Shown here piece by piece: positions 45,786 to 55,400 of a stretch of DNA of 64,000 bases. The notes beneath the pieces are model-generated. The model saw only the letters and a list, made by a program, of their open reading frames with translations, searched no databases and had not been told where the DNA came from. Source of the DNA: a virus. Its lineage: Duplodnaviria; Caudoviricetes. The stretch lies in the IMG/VR virus record IMGVR_UViG_2974799246_000001, positions 1 to 64,000 of that record. One strand, 5' to 3'. Each line of letters starts with the position of its first letter. Position 1 is the first letter of the stretch. The position numbers and the translations under genes were made by a program.

Positions 45786-46025
45786 TTAAAGCTGATCAGA
45801 GGTAATCTGACCTGCCTTATACAGTTCGCGCTTACGCTCTTTCCATGTGGACGTAAGTTCGGAGAAGAACTCTTTCATGCTGTCATCATCCAGCTCGAAA
45901 GGTTGATTCACTTCGTACTTACTGCACAGGTCGTTGAACGTAGTCGCATATTCCTGCTGTAGGAATGATTTTTCCGCGCTAACACTTAGATACTGCTGCG
46001 CCGAGAGTGCTACAGATACTTGCAT
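45786..46025 (-). CDS. Small hypothetical late protein
   Basis: GAGGA RBS; TAATTT at 46054-46059. Confidence 0.65.
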   Translation of the reverse strand: MQVSVALSAQQYLSVSAEKSFLQQEYATTFNDLCSKYEVNQPFELDDDSMKEFFSELTSTWKERKRELYKAGQITSDQL

Positions 46026-46059
46026 GATACCATCCTCTTTGTTTGACTCGCTTAAATTA

Positions 46060-46659
46060 TCAAGCGAATTTCAAAACAAGGTCATTGACGATAACAGCTT
46101 TCGACTGGTCTGTAGGCGTTGTGTTGTTAGCGTACACTTTGCCTCCAACCAATCTCAAGTCTGCGTTGGAGTTTTCGTTACCCACAGAGCACACAGCAAC
46201 GAACGATGCAGGCACAACGGTAACACCAGTCTGAACGTTGATTGTGGCGCTTGCTCCACCAATGACGATGCACCAAGTAGGCGTAGCGTCTTTCGTGAAG
46301 TAAGATGCACGGTAGTCAGAGTAGCTGGCACTGATACGCATGTTAAACGCTGAGGCCAACAGCACTGGAACGTTGTTAGCGTTCGTGGTCATTGCTGCTT
46401 TATTGCCCACTACGCCGCCGACATAATCAGCAAGACGAGAAGCAGTTAACAGGCCTGGGTTTATGTACGCTGCGTTCGTGCCGGTGAGCTGAGTACCGTC
46501 ACCAATCAGACTGTTAAGTTCTGCTTTGGTTGGCATGGCCCCTGTATAAAACAGAATGGCGTTCGCAACGGCAGTGAAGTTCGAAGGCGCAGCAGAGTTC
46601 ACCAGAGAACTGTACGCGTTACGCTGCATTGCGTTTGCAGTTGCAGGAAGCATTTTCAT
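46060..46659 (-). CDS. Virion fibre/structural protein, short paralogue type
   Basis: LFYTG.MP, TPTW, SVGNENSNADLRLVGG. Confidence 0.65.
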   Translation of the reverse strand: MKMLPATANAMQRNAYSSLVNSAAPSNFTAVANAILFYTGAMPTKAELNSLIGDGTQLTGTNAAYINPGLLTASRLADYVGGVVGNKAAMTTNANNVPVLLASAFNMRISASYSDYRASYFTKDATPTWCIVIGGASATINVQTGVTVVPASFVAVCSVGNENSNADLRLVGGKVYANNTTPTDQSKAVIVNDLVLKFA

Positions 46660-47570
46660 TACACGCCCTCCAGGAAGTTATCTGCAATACGAATCGTCAG
46701 ATCTGGGATAGCCATCTGACCGTACTGACCGATCGAAGGTGTGCCTACAGTAACGTCAGTGCCAATATCCAGTACAAGACCGTAATAGTCGTCTTGTACC
46801 TGAGCGAGATATGCTTGAGTGGTTGATGGGTTTGGTAGAGTCAGCGGCACCAGTACAACATGCGTCAAGGCAGCAACAACGAAGTCACTGCCTTTCTCTG
46901 CATACGGAGTGAAGTACATATCGTTGGTGGTTGCTGTTCCATTCAGGGTGATACGCAGCTTACGCGCAACAATGTCCAGACCATCATTGATGCCAGCAAC
47001 AACGTTGATGCGAGTCCACACAAGCGTCGTAGGATCTTGATACTCCAGACGAACGTTGCCTGCGTTAATGCCAGATACAGACGGCACGAAGAACGAACGG
47101 AAACGGAGAGTACGCCCGTAGTCATACTCAACAGCATCGTTCGCACTCCAGCCGCTGCCAATATCGCTTGTGATATCAAAAGCCGCACCCACCATAGACA
47201 TAATCTGCTGTGGTGTTTTGTTTATGCCAGGAGTAAGCGTGAAGCGACTGTACTCTGGATAAACTGCGTAGGTCTGAATGCTCTGGCCGGATGCAGGGTC
47301 GAAGACCTTACGACCTTGACCATAACCGCCGATTGGTTGCAGACTACGGCCGCGAGAGTACACACGACATAAAGTGTTGTTTGCATCAGTGGTTTGTTGC
47401 TGATAGCGATACTCTACGGCACAACGACTCGTAGCTACGAGATCGAGAAATGCTTTAGGCACGCTATTGCTGTTACCGTTGCGAAAGAAGGCCATGAAGC
47501 CGTTCGTGTTCACACCAGTGCCTGCGGTTTGAGTGAGCTGATATAGCGCCACTTTTTCAGAGACTAACAT
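46659..47570 (-). CDS. Virion fibre/structural protein, long paralogue type
   Basis: VEYDYG, RKLRI, discoidin-like insert. Confidence 0.6.
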   Translation of the reverse strand: MLVSEKVALYQLTQTAGTGVNTNGFMAFFRNGNSNSVPKAFLDLVATSRCAVEYRYQQQTTDANNTLCRVYSRGRSLQPIGGYGQGRKVFDPASGQSIQTYAVYPEYSRFTLTPGINKTPQQIMSMVGAAFDITSDIGSGWSANDAVEYDYGRTLRFRSFFVPSVSGINAGNVRLEYQDPTTLVWTRINVVAGINDGLDIVARKLRITLNGTATTNDMYFTPYAEKGSDFVVAALTHVVLVPLTLPNPSTTQAYLAQVQDDYYGLVLDIGTDVTVGTPSIGQYGQMAIPDLTIRIADNFLEGV

Positions 47571-47579
47571 AATGCCTCC

Positions 47580-48113
47580 TTAGTATTTGATACGCAAGTC
47601 AGCGATGCGCAGAGGCTGGTTCAGAGCAACAGTACCACCAACAATTTTCAGGTCAGCGTTAGAGTTTTCATCGCCCACAGTACCAGTGATGATGACGTAG
47701 GCATTCGAACCAGTAGTGAAGCCTGCAAACGTATCAGCCGCAGAGGCAGTCTGAGCAAGACGCATCATGAACCACGTAGGAGTACCGGCCGCCGCAATAG
47801 TCGCTAAGTTAGCCTGAGCGCTAAGTGGAATCTGAATGAGGTTGTTGTCCATGTCCATAGCGATAGGCACCACGCCACACATTACATCGCCAAGGAAATT
47901 CGCAGCTGTGGCAAACGCACTGATAGCTGCGGCAGACCATGGCACAGTCGTAGAAGCAGCGGTGATCATCGCACTCAACTGAGCGTCTGTCGGAGGTGTG
48001 CCTGAGAACAAACCGACGTGAATCGTGTTGACCGCAGTGTTGCTGTTTGGAGGCATACGTTGGTTTAATGCAGCCATAGCCATGAATGAGTTGTATGCTT
48101 TAGATACGCGCAT
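47580..48113 (-). CDS. Virion fibre/structural protein, short paralogue type
   Basis: Start MRVSK at 48113; LFSGTPP, GTPTWF, GTVGDENSNADLKIVGG. Confidence 0.65.
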   Translation of the reverse strand: MRVSKAYNSFMAMAALNQRMPPNSNTAVNTIHVGLFSGTPPTDAQLSAMITAASTTVPWSAAAISAFATAANFLGDVMCGVVPIAMDMDNNLIQIPLSAQANLATIAAAGTPTWFMMRLAQTASAADTFAGFTTGSNAYVIITGTVGDENSNADLKIVGGTVALNQPLRIADLRIKY

Positions 48114-48114
48114 A

Positions 48115-49179
48115 TTAGTATGTCTCCAGTGAAATAGGCGTATAGGACACGGTGAACGAACCGACAGCTTGTTCCTGCCCTGGGTACGCTGTAGCATCCG
48201 CGATCAGCAGGTCATAGCTTGAAGCCTGTTTCACATCGTCCGTAACGGTCAGACCGTAGTGAGGGAACCAACGACCATAGCTGTTCACGTTCATCGCTTG
48301 CGACATGGCGGGCACACCATAGGCAGTACCGAAACCATGTGGGAACATGACAACGTGCTGCACTTTGCCTAAGGTGCGAGGAGCCGAGCCTGCCGCATAG
48401 TCACCATAGAAGTGCAGAGCAAACGTGCCAACACCGATGAAGAACGGGTTGGTTGCTGCCGCAGACTTAGACACAATGCGGAAGCGACGACCTTGAACAG
48501 TGGCTGGGAGCTGGTAATACTTCTCAACGTTACCCGCTGTCTGGGACAGGTTAGTTACTAGGTTAGTCACATCAACCCATGAACTACCTTGCTGTACCTG
48601 CAAGAATACCATGTTAGCAGGTACGTTAGCGAACAGGTTGTTGTTCGCTGTAGTCTGTGTGATACTGGTCAGAGCGTTAATGACCACATCGGCGCCGAAG
48701 TCATACTCAGCCAAAGTCCACGAACCATCAGCGTTCTTGTTCTTAACGGTAGGAACGGAGGCACCTGACGTTGGTGCAGTACATGGCATCTGAATTGCGG
48801 AGGTTGTTGATGCACAACGATGCCACAAAATAGTAGCGAACAGCATGTCCAGTTGATACTGCGCACTTGCGATCCCGGTATCAACAAGATCTTGATACAC
48901 GGTGCTATACGAGGCGAACGTTACTTTCGGCAGAACACGTTTCCCGCGATAGCCCTGAACAGTTGTCCAAGCAGGAGCAGGAGAAGATTGCAGGCTAGTG
49001 GTGTTAGGAACCAGAGAGTGCTGCCCACCACCAATCTGAGTTTGAATAAACGCACGACCACTGAGCATGTTGTTCAGAACGGTCTGCATGTCGTAGTTCA
49101 AAGGGTTAGGAAGATTCCCTTCCATGAAAGCACCGTACATTACGGTAGGTGTATTTTGATAAATCGGTAGAATTTTCAT
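48115..49179 (-). CDS. Virion fibre/structural protein, long paralogue type
   Basis: AEYDFGADV, RRFRIV, PRTLGK; TAATTT at 49207-49212. Confidence 0.6.
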   Translation of the reverse strand: MKILPIYQNTPTVMYGAFMEGNLPNPLNYDMQTVLNNMLSGRAFIQTQIGGGQHSLVPNTTSLQSSPAPAWTTVQGYRGKRVLPKVTFASYSTVYQDLVDTGIASAQYQLDMLFATILWHRCASTTSAIQMPCTAPTSGASVPTVKNKNADGSWTLAEYDFGADVVINALTSITQTTANNNLFANVPANMVFLQVQQGSSWVDVTNLVTNLSQTAGNVEKYYQLPATVQGRRFRIVSKSAAATNPFFIGVGTFALHFYGDYAAGSAPRTLGKVQHVVMFPHGFGTAYGVPAMSQAMNVNSYGRWFPHYGLTVTDDVKQASSYDLLIADATAYPGQEQAVGSFTVSYTPISLETY

Positions 49180-49248
49180 ATCATGCCCTTGGTTTAAAGA
49201 CAGTTCAAATTAATGAAGTGACGCCCACGCTAGGACGTCACTCAAGAA

Positions 49249-49776
49249 CTACAGTTGTAGCGTCAGGTCGAGGAAGCGGTATGCTTGCCCGCTCTTAATC
49301 TGTCCACCAATGAACTGGAGTTCTGCATCAGAGCCTTGATCGCCTACAGTACCCATCCACGCAGGACCTGCAAGCAACGTACCTGTAGAGGATGACAGTA
49401 CGAAGTTAGCCCACGACGCAGCAGCCGCTCCAGCAGTAGCTACGATACGCGCCACATAGTAAGTAGGCGTACCGTCAGCAACACCGGTCAGCGTAGCAGC
49501 ATTTCCGGCAAATGGCAGAGTTACTGTGCGTGGTCCAACGTTAACAACAGGAGTCATTGCAGCGAATGCAATTGAACCTAAGAAGTTAGCTTGTGTCAGA
49601 CCTAATGCAGTCACTGCCTTGAGGTTCCAGCCTGAACCGGGTACTTGCGAGAAGATCTGATTGAAATCAGGCTTGGGTCCTTTGAACAACGCGATGTGAA
49701 GCGTGTTCGCCGCAATCGCTGTAGCAGGGAACCCACCATTGATAGCGGCGAGTGATGCACCTTTGTTGCTAATCAT
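49249..49776 (-). CDS. Virion fibre/structural protein, short paralogue type
   Basis: LFKGPKP, GTPTYY, GTVGDQGSDAELQFIGG. Confidence 0.65.
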   Translation of the reverse strand: MISNKGASLAAINGGFPATAIAANTLHIALFKGPKPDFNQIFSQVPGSGWNLKAVTALGLTQANFLGSIAFAAMTPVVNVGPRTVTLPFAGNAATLTGVADGTPTYYVARIVATAGAAAASWANFVLSSSTGTLLAGPAWMGTVGDQGSDAELQFIGGQIKSGQAYRFLDLTLQL

Positions 49777-50852
49777 ACGCCCCTCCCAATAATAGACGCG
49801 AGTTGCACACGGAACGAAGGTACAGGCACTGCACCGAATGACGTATTGTACGTCGTGTCCAGCATGTTGATATCGAAGTTCGCCGCCTGTTTGATATCGT
49901 CAGTGATAGTCAAGTGCATCATCGCACAGTAACGACTCTGTACGGTAGTGACTGCCGCCGGCCAGTTGAAATACCAAGTCGCTGTTGGAGAGTAAGCAGC
50001 AGCGGCCTGCAGGTGCAACACTGTCATGTGCTTGTACTTGCCTAACGTGCGGGGCTTCTGATCTGTGTACGTTGCATAGAACTGCAAGCCGAACGGATAG
50101 TGCCCTGTAGTCGACCAAGGCCACGCAACAGCTTTGTTCACCAGTCTAAACTTCTGCGCTTTGACTTTCGTCGGCAGTTCGTAAGTAACAGCCGTGTTGT
50201 TGGTGGTGGTACGCAGGTTGTCATAGGTGTGTATAACATCAGTCCACGCACCGTTAACGAACGCTTGCACATAGGTCTGTTGAGTACCCATAACCATCTG
50301 ACCCGCAACGGCCGCACCCATCGAGTAGCCAACCAGAGCACCCAGCTCAATCTCCGCGCCGAAGTCATACTCCGCACACAGATACCAGCCTTCATCAGTC
50401 AAGTTATACTGAGGACTCAGGTTGTTCGCTACGTTCGACAGGAAGAAGTCTGTAGATGTAGTCATGCGATGCGCAAGCAGACACGCAGCAACCGCTTCCA
50501 GATACTGGTTAAGCGTAGCGACGAATCGAGGTTCGACGGCAGGCAGCTTAATCTTAGGAATAATGCGACGCTTAATAGTGAACGCACCGCCATATCCATT
50601 CGCAACACCATCCATTTCAATCCACGCAGGAAGAAAACGGCTCGTGTTGAACGAACTGATATCATAAGGCTGATACGACCAACGTGCCGGGTTAGTGCTC
50701 ATAGTAGTTCTTGCGAACAGGCGCATTGCGATAGCGTCATTGATTGCGCTATGCAGAGACTTCTCACCATTCGCTGGAGCGTCTGTATCGTACAGAAGGC
50801 CCAGACAGATGTTTGCAGAAGCACTCAGGGACTGCGTAGGATAGAGTTCCAT
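49773..50852 (-). CDS. Virion fibre/structural protein, long paralogue type
   Basis: Start MELYP at 50852; AEYDFGAEI, QKFRLV, PRTLGK. Confidence 0.6.
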   Translation of the reverse strand: MELYPTQSLSASANICLGLLYDTDAPANGEKSLHSAINDAIAMRLFARTTMSTNPARWSYQPYDISSFNTSRFLPAWIEMDGVANGYGGAFTIKRRIIPKIKLPAVEPRFVATLNQYLEAVAACLLAHRMTTSTDFFLSNVANNLSPQYNLTDEGWYLCAEYDFGAEIELGALVGYSMGAAVAGQMVMGTQQTYVQAFVNGAWTDVIHTYDNLRTTTNNTAVTYELPTKVKAQKFRLVNKAVAWPWSTTGHYPFGLQFYATYTDQKPRTLGKYKHMTVLHLQAAAAYSPTATWYFNWPAAVTTVQSRYCAMMHLTITDDIKQAANFDINMLDTTYNTSFGAVPVPSFRVQLASIIGRGV

Positions 50853-50853
50853 A

Positions 50854-51432
50854 TTAGCTCCATGCAATGTTGTTGAGGCTGATGGTTCCGTTGAGAGTAA
50901 ACGTACCATCACCATTGTCCGTCAGCGGAGCGCCCATAGCAATCAGGTCCTGAGGCGTTAGCTCAATCACCGACGCAATAGTGACAGTAGCCGCAGCAAT
51001 GGCCGTCGCTGTAGTGCCAAGCAGAATATACATGCGGTTGAATGCTTTTGCATAGCTGAAACGACCGAGCAGATTCAGCGTATCAAACATACGCTTGCCA
51101 TTACCCAGATTGACGATACGAATATTACCTGTAGAGATTGGAGCAGCGTCCATCACACAACCAGGCAGGTTCGCAGTCAAATATGTGCGTAGCGTGTTCA
51201 GACTGAAAACAGCCAGTAGCTGGTTGTTCCAGATCGTGTCCGTGATGATATCGCCAGTGGAGAATACAACAGCAGCGGGGCGTTCGGTACTGATAGTTGT
51301 GCCCGCACCTTGAAGATTGCCAGCAGTAGCGGAAGCCATTGTGCTGGCCATCCACGGAAGCTCAACGCCCGGGTTAGTCGTAGAGCCAAGCGATTCACCA
51401 CGCATGTTGAGCATAGCTTTTGAGATATACAT
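50854..51432 (-). CDS. Putative virion structural protein
   Basis: T/A/G/N-rich; coupled in the late operon. Confidence 0.55.
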   Translation of the reverse strand: MYISKAMLNMRGESLGSTTNPGVELPWMASTMASATAGNLQGAGTTISTERPAAVVFSTGDIITDTIWNNQLLAVFSLNTLRTYLTANLPGCVMDAAPISTGNIRIVNLGNGKRMFDTLNLLGRFSYAKAFNRMYILLGTTATAIAAATVTIASVIELTPQDLIAMGAPLTDNGDGTFTLNGTISLNNIAWS

Positions 51433-52337
51433 CAGTTGCTCCTCTGAGTGAAACGCAACTTAGGACAGTACATGATCGTCTTCTGTAGCGGGATGATATC
51501 GCCTACGATCTTGAATGGTCCCTGAGAACCCACAGCGTCCGCACAGTACATGATCTCATCAGAGTAATCAGTATCACCGTGAGTCAGCGTGTTGCAGTGA
51601 GCAAGTGCCGCCCATGTAGGAACAGTTGCCGGGCTGGACGAGGGCACATCGACAGAGGACAGCAAGATACGCATCATACTACCAACAGTAGTGCTGGTGG
51701 ACTTGAAACGATACTTCTTGGACGCTCTCGGCGAAGACAGAGCCAACACAGTTGCATCACCAGTAATAGCGGTTGCAGTGCCTAACGTAGTTTCAGTCAG
51801 GCCGTCATCAGACAACGCGACTAACTGGAATCCATCAGACACGGTGCCATTGAACTTCAAGTGTGTTACTGTCACTGGGTTGTCGAACTCAACGTCAATG
51901 CTCTGGCCGCCAAATCGTGCGGCAGGAACCAGCATACTACCAGAGCCTACAACTAACCCGATGCTACGATCAGTGAAGCCTGAACGAGTAATACGATGAG
52001 GCAGAAGCTGATAAACCACAGTATTAGCGCTGCCAACGGTCCCATAGTATGATGCCCCTTTAGGAATATACTGAGACTGTAGGGCAAGAGTGAGGACGTT
52101 CCCTGATTCAACTCCAGTGACTGGGTTGCGGATCATACCAATAGAGGTATTATACATGTCCGCGAGTGACTTGTTATTGAAGGCGGCATCAAAGCCTTCT
52201 TTCGACGTAGGCAGTTTGCCACTGAATGCGAAGATGTTCCAGCCGGCACCGACATTCGGGTCGTTTACCAGTGCTGCGGTATTCGCGTTAGTGCCCATCA
52301 TTGCCTGCGCCATGATGCGGTTATTAATAATCTTCAT
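51432..52337 (-). CDS. Virion fibre/structural protein, long paralogue type
   Basis: FSGKLP, DVEFDNPV, KKYRF, VPTWA. Confidence 0.55.
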   Translation of the reverse strand: MKIINNRIMAQAMMGTNANTAALVNDPNVGAGWNIFAFSGKLPTSKEGFDAAFNNKSLADMYNTSIGMIRNPVTGVESGNVLTLALQSQYIPKGASYYGTVGSANTVVYQLLPHRITRSGFTDRSIGLVVGSGSMLVPAARFGGQSIDVEFDNPVTVTHLKFNGTVSDGFQLVALSDDGLTETTLGTATAITGDATVLALSSPRASKKYRFKSTSTTVGSMMRILLSSVDVPSSSPATVPTWAALAHCNTLTHGDTDYSDEIMYCADAVGSQGPFKIVGDIIPLQKTIMYCPKLRFTQRSN

Positions 52338-52792
52338 TAGCTCACCACCGGCACAGCAGATTTGTTGTTCGCTTTAGTGTCAGACAGGTCAAGCGCTCCA
52401 ACAGTTACACGGAAGACGATGTTATCAAACAGCGGGTCAATCGACTGCGTTGTAGTGAACTGACCGCTAACGAGAGGCACGTCGGTACGAGGTGCAGCCA
52501 GGCTAGACGTGAAGCTACGCGCCATAAACTTACTGACTACCTGACCAACAACGAGGCCCACCAGCGCGATTTGATCGATGCTTGAAATTTGAGTGCGTTG
52601 AATCCAGGACAAGCGGCCTTGCGAGTATGCGACTTGCGCAACGTCTGCAATCTGCTTGGCATTGATAGCCGAGACAGATTCGTTTGTCACACGCTTCTGG
52701 GGCTGCGAGTCAGAACTAACTTCAATCTGAGACATAACGAACACGAAGTCCGCAAACATGTCCGGGTCATACGTTACGACTGGTACGAACAT
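52337..52792 (-). CDS. Putative virion structural protein
   Basis: Coupled ORF in the late operon. Confidence 0.55.
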   Translation of the reverse strand: MFVPVVTYDPDMFADFVFVMSQIEVSSDSQPQKRVTNESVSAINAKQIADVAQVAYSQGRLSWIQRTQISSIDQIALVGLVVGQVVSKFMARSFTSSLAAPRTDVPLVSGQFTTTQSIDPLFDNIVFRVTVGALDLSDTKANNKSAVPVVS

Positions 52793-52794
52793 GG

Positions 52795-53886
52795 TTAGGC
52801 TCCTTGGCGGATCGCGTAGTTGTTGATGATAGGAGTGTAAGCAGCATTCGCACCAGCACCGTAACCACCAGCTACCTGAGCAGATACAGCAACAGGTTTG
52901 AGAACAGCATACGTGAATGTATCTACAACGGTACCGTCAATAGACACCTTGTGCGTAGACGTCGAGGCATCGTACTCATATTTAATGTGTACGGTATTGC
53001 CTGACCACAGTGCTGCGTAAGGCGAGATAGGTCGCGTTATTTTTGCTGCGGCAGTACCGCCACCAACGTTGTTCCAGATGAGTAGACCTTTCTCGTTAGA
53101 ACGGTCAAACGCTATGGTGAAACGGTCAGTCAGAGATGCGCCAGTACGGAACAAACACCATTCCGCATAGTCCGCATTACCTGACTGGTGATAGTCACAC
53201 TCAATAGTGAATGACTTGCTAGGGTCAAACGTAGGTACAGACGCCATACTGATTAAGCCAGTAGTGCCTAAGTCAACTCCAGAACCATCCGCAGCAAACT
53301 TCAAGTTACCGCTGGTGGTAGCCGCATTTCCTACGAGGTCTGTGAATGCGCCGGTATTGAAAACACCGATACCGTATGCGATCTTCTCATTGCCTGTAAG
53401 CCACGTAGCAACTGAGTTCTCTGTCCACATTTGAGTCAGGCCGATAGTGAATGCGTTGATCGTTACCTGAGTCTTATATCCATTCGGATCATAGCGGACA
53501 ACAAGGTCAGGGTAGAGCAGCGTAACGTCTGGCCCAACTTGTAAGCACACAGGCAAGATGCCGCCGAGAATAAGGTGAGTAGGAACACCTTCGGCAGTAG
53601 CAGTCAACTGGCAATCAGAGATAGACAGCTTGGTACGATCAATAGTACGGACGCAGTTAGTGCCTTTCGCCAGCACGGTGCAGATACCGCTAGACGCAGC
53701 AAGAGCGGCATCGAACATGTAACCCGCACCAGTCTGAGGCTGATAATTAAGGCACTTGTTCAGATCAGCCTCAACGAATCCGCTATTCAGTTTCACCAGA
53801 TAGCAGGACTTATCGTCTGCCGTTGCCTGAGCGAATAGACGCGTCAACTGAGGCACGACAGAGTTTGCAAATAACTTGTAGTTCAT
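52795..53886 (-). CDS. Virion fibre protein with C-terminal LamG/concanavalin-like domain
   Basis: Start MNYKL at 53886; SFTIECDY..HIKYEYD..VSIDG. Confidence 0.55.
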   Translation of the reverse strand: MNYKLFANSVVPQLTRLFAQATADDKSCYLVKLNSGFVEADLNKCLNYQPQTGAGYMFDAALAASSGICTVLAKGTNCVRTIDRTKLSISDCQLTATAEGVPTHLILGGILPVCLQVGPDVTLLYPDLVVRYDPNGYKTQVTINAFTIGLTQMWTENSVATWLTGNEKIAYGIGVFNTGAFTDLVGNAATTSGNLKFAADGSGVDLGTTGLISMASVPTFDPSKSFTIECDYHQSGNADYAEWCLFRTGASLTDRFTIAFDRSNEKGLLIWNNVGGGTAAAKITRPISPYAALWSGNTVHIKYEYDASTSTHKVSIDGTVVDTFTYAVLKPVAVSAQVAGGYGAGANAAYTPIINNYAIRQGA

Positions 53887-53887
53887 G

Positions 53888-54844
53888 TTATACCTCGGTG
53901 GACAGACGAAGCTGGGCGACAGAAGCGAACTCACCAGGACCGAGAGCCGTAGCTAACAGTTCGATTGGCTTGCCGCTACCGATAGCCCCTACTTCACAGG
54001 CGAAGTAAGTTGGCACATAGTTGCCGTTTGCCAGAGCACCGTAGTTGGTGTCCTGAATGACAACGATTGCACTGCGCATTGTTTTGTATGCTGCGTTTCT
54101 GCCTACGTCGGATGCAGTTACAGGAAGCACTCGGCGCGTACCAGAAGTTTGAATGAAACGGAAGCGCTTAGACGACTCGGTAGGAGTGGCCAGCACGTTA
54201 CCTTCTTGGTTAGCAGCAAGAGTCCATGCGCGAGCAGTACCCACGACACCAGCACCGTCAATAGGAGCAACAGTACCTGCCGCAGCAGAAGTCATATCAC
54301 CAACGTCAGACAGCACAGCGTCGATGGTGACTTCGTAGTCAAATGTCAGGTCAGTAGTTGACAGATGAATACCCGGCATGAGCGCATCGTGAGGAATGCC
54401 TGCATAGTCCCACGGTCTGTAACCAGCAGCACCGATACCCCACAGCGCTTTGTTGCCTGCGTCATTACTGGTGTTATACGCTGTCTGAATCTGAACCGAA
54501 GCAGCACCGTTATAACCAACAGGAGTTGCCTTAGACGGATAGTGAACAGTCGCGCCGTTCTTAATCTCATACACATGACCAGAACGTGCTTTCCACCCTT
54601 CTTGACGATCCATAAGAGGCAGCAGACCTTCGGTGGTTGGCCACAAAGTCAAACGAGTAACCGCAACAGCATTGTCGAACAGTTTTCTCATGTCCAGCAG
54701 ATGCTGGGAGAAGTCGCCTTGATCAGCAATCGCTGTGTCAAAGAAGAACACGTTAACAGTCTGACCGTTTGCTACGTTCGATGCCCAACCAGAGCCTTGG
54801 CTGAGTACACTGAACGGCAGTAAGTTGTGTCCTAAGATACGCAT
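53888..54844 (-). CDS. Virion fibre/structural protein, long paralogue type
   Basis: FFFDT, SKRFRF, EVGAIGSGKPIEL. Confidence 0.55.
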   Translation of the reverse strand: MRILGHNLLPFSVLSQGSGWASNVANGQTVNVFFFDTAIADQGDFSQHLLDMRKLFDNAVAVTRLTLWPTTEGLLPLMDRQEGWKARSGHVYEIKNGATVHYPSKATPVGYNGAASVQIQTAYNTSNDAGNKALWGIGAAGYRPWDYAGIPHDALMPGIHLSTTDLTFDYEVTIDAVLSDVGDMTSAAAGTVAPIDGAGVVGTARAWTLAANQEGNVLATPTESSKRFRFIQTSGTRRVLPVTASDVGRNAAYKTMRSAIVVIQDTNYGALANGNYVPTYFACEVGAIGSGKPIELLATALGPGEFASVAQLRLSTEV

Positions 54845-55341
54845 TAGAACTCCTTAGAATCTTTGACAACGGTAGCGAGGAACTTACCGTTACGCAGGTT
54901 AGCTGAGGTCAGAATCAAATCTGCACCAGAGCCAGCAGCGCCGATAGTTAGAATCAGGAAGCCGCCGTACGGAGTGCTTGCGATATCTTTGTTGAAGACA
55001 ATCACGTTGTACGTGCTCAACAGAGTTGTTATATCACCTGCAAAAGTACCCTGCAGCGTAGCAGACAGACGGAACTTGTACTTGTTATCTTGACCATGAA
55101 TCCAACGCACAGGGTTTGTGCTAACTGAGGTCAAGTCGAGGACAGCAGTTGCACCAATAGCAGTCTGAACTGTAGTACCGTCAGCAACGACGATGTTTGC
55201 AGGGTCAGGTACTTTGGCCAAACAGATTGTCTTCTGCATGTTAGACAGGCCGTACTTCAATGGCGGATCAGAAGCAGGACGTTTTCCCGCATCTGGAATC
55301 GTAATGCCATTGGCAACCAACGGGAAAGAAACTATTTCCAT
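54844..55341 (-). CDS. Virion structural protein, short paralogue type
   Basis: TIGAAGSGADLIL; TAATTT at 55370-55375. Confidence 0.55.
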   Translation of the reverse strand: MEIVSFPLVANGITIPDAGKRPASDPPLKYGLSNMQKTICLAKVPDPANIVVADGTTVQTAIGATAVLDLTSVSTNPVRWIHGQDNKYKFRLSATLQGTFAGDITTLLSTYNVIVFNKDIASTPYGGFLILTIGAAGSGADLILTSANLRNGKFLATVVKDSKEF

Positions 55342-55400
55342 TATGATATCTCCAGGTTGTTTCGAGAATAAATTACTGACAACAAAGGTTCACGTAGGAC

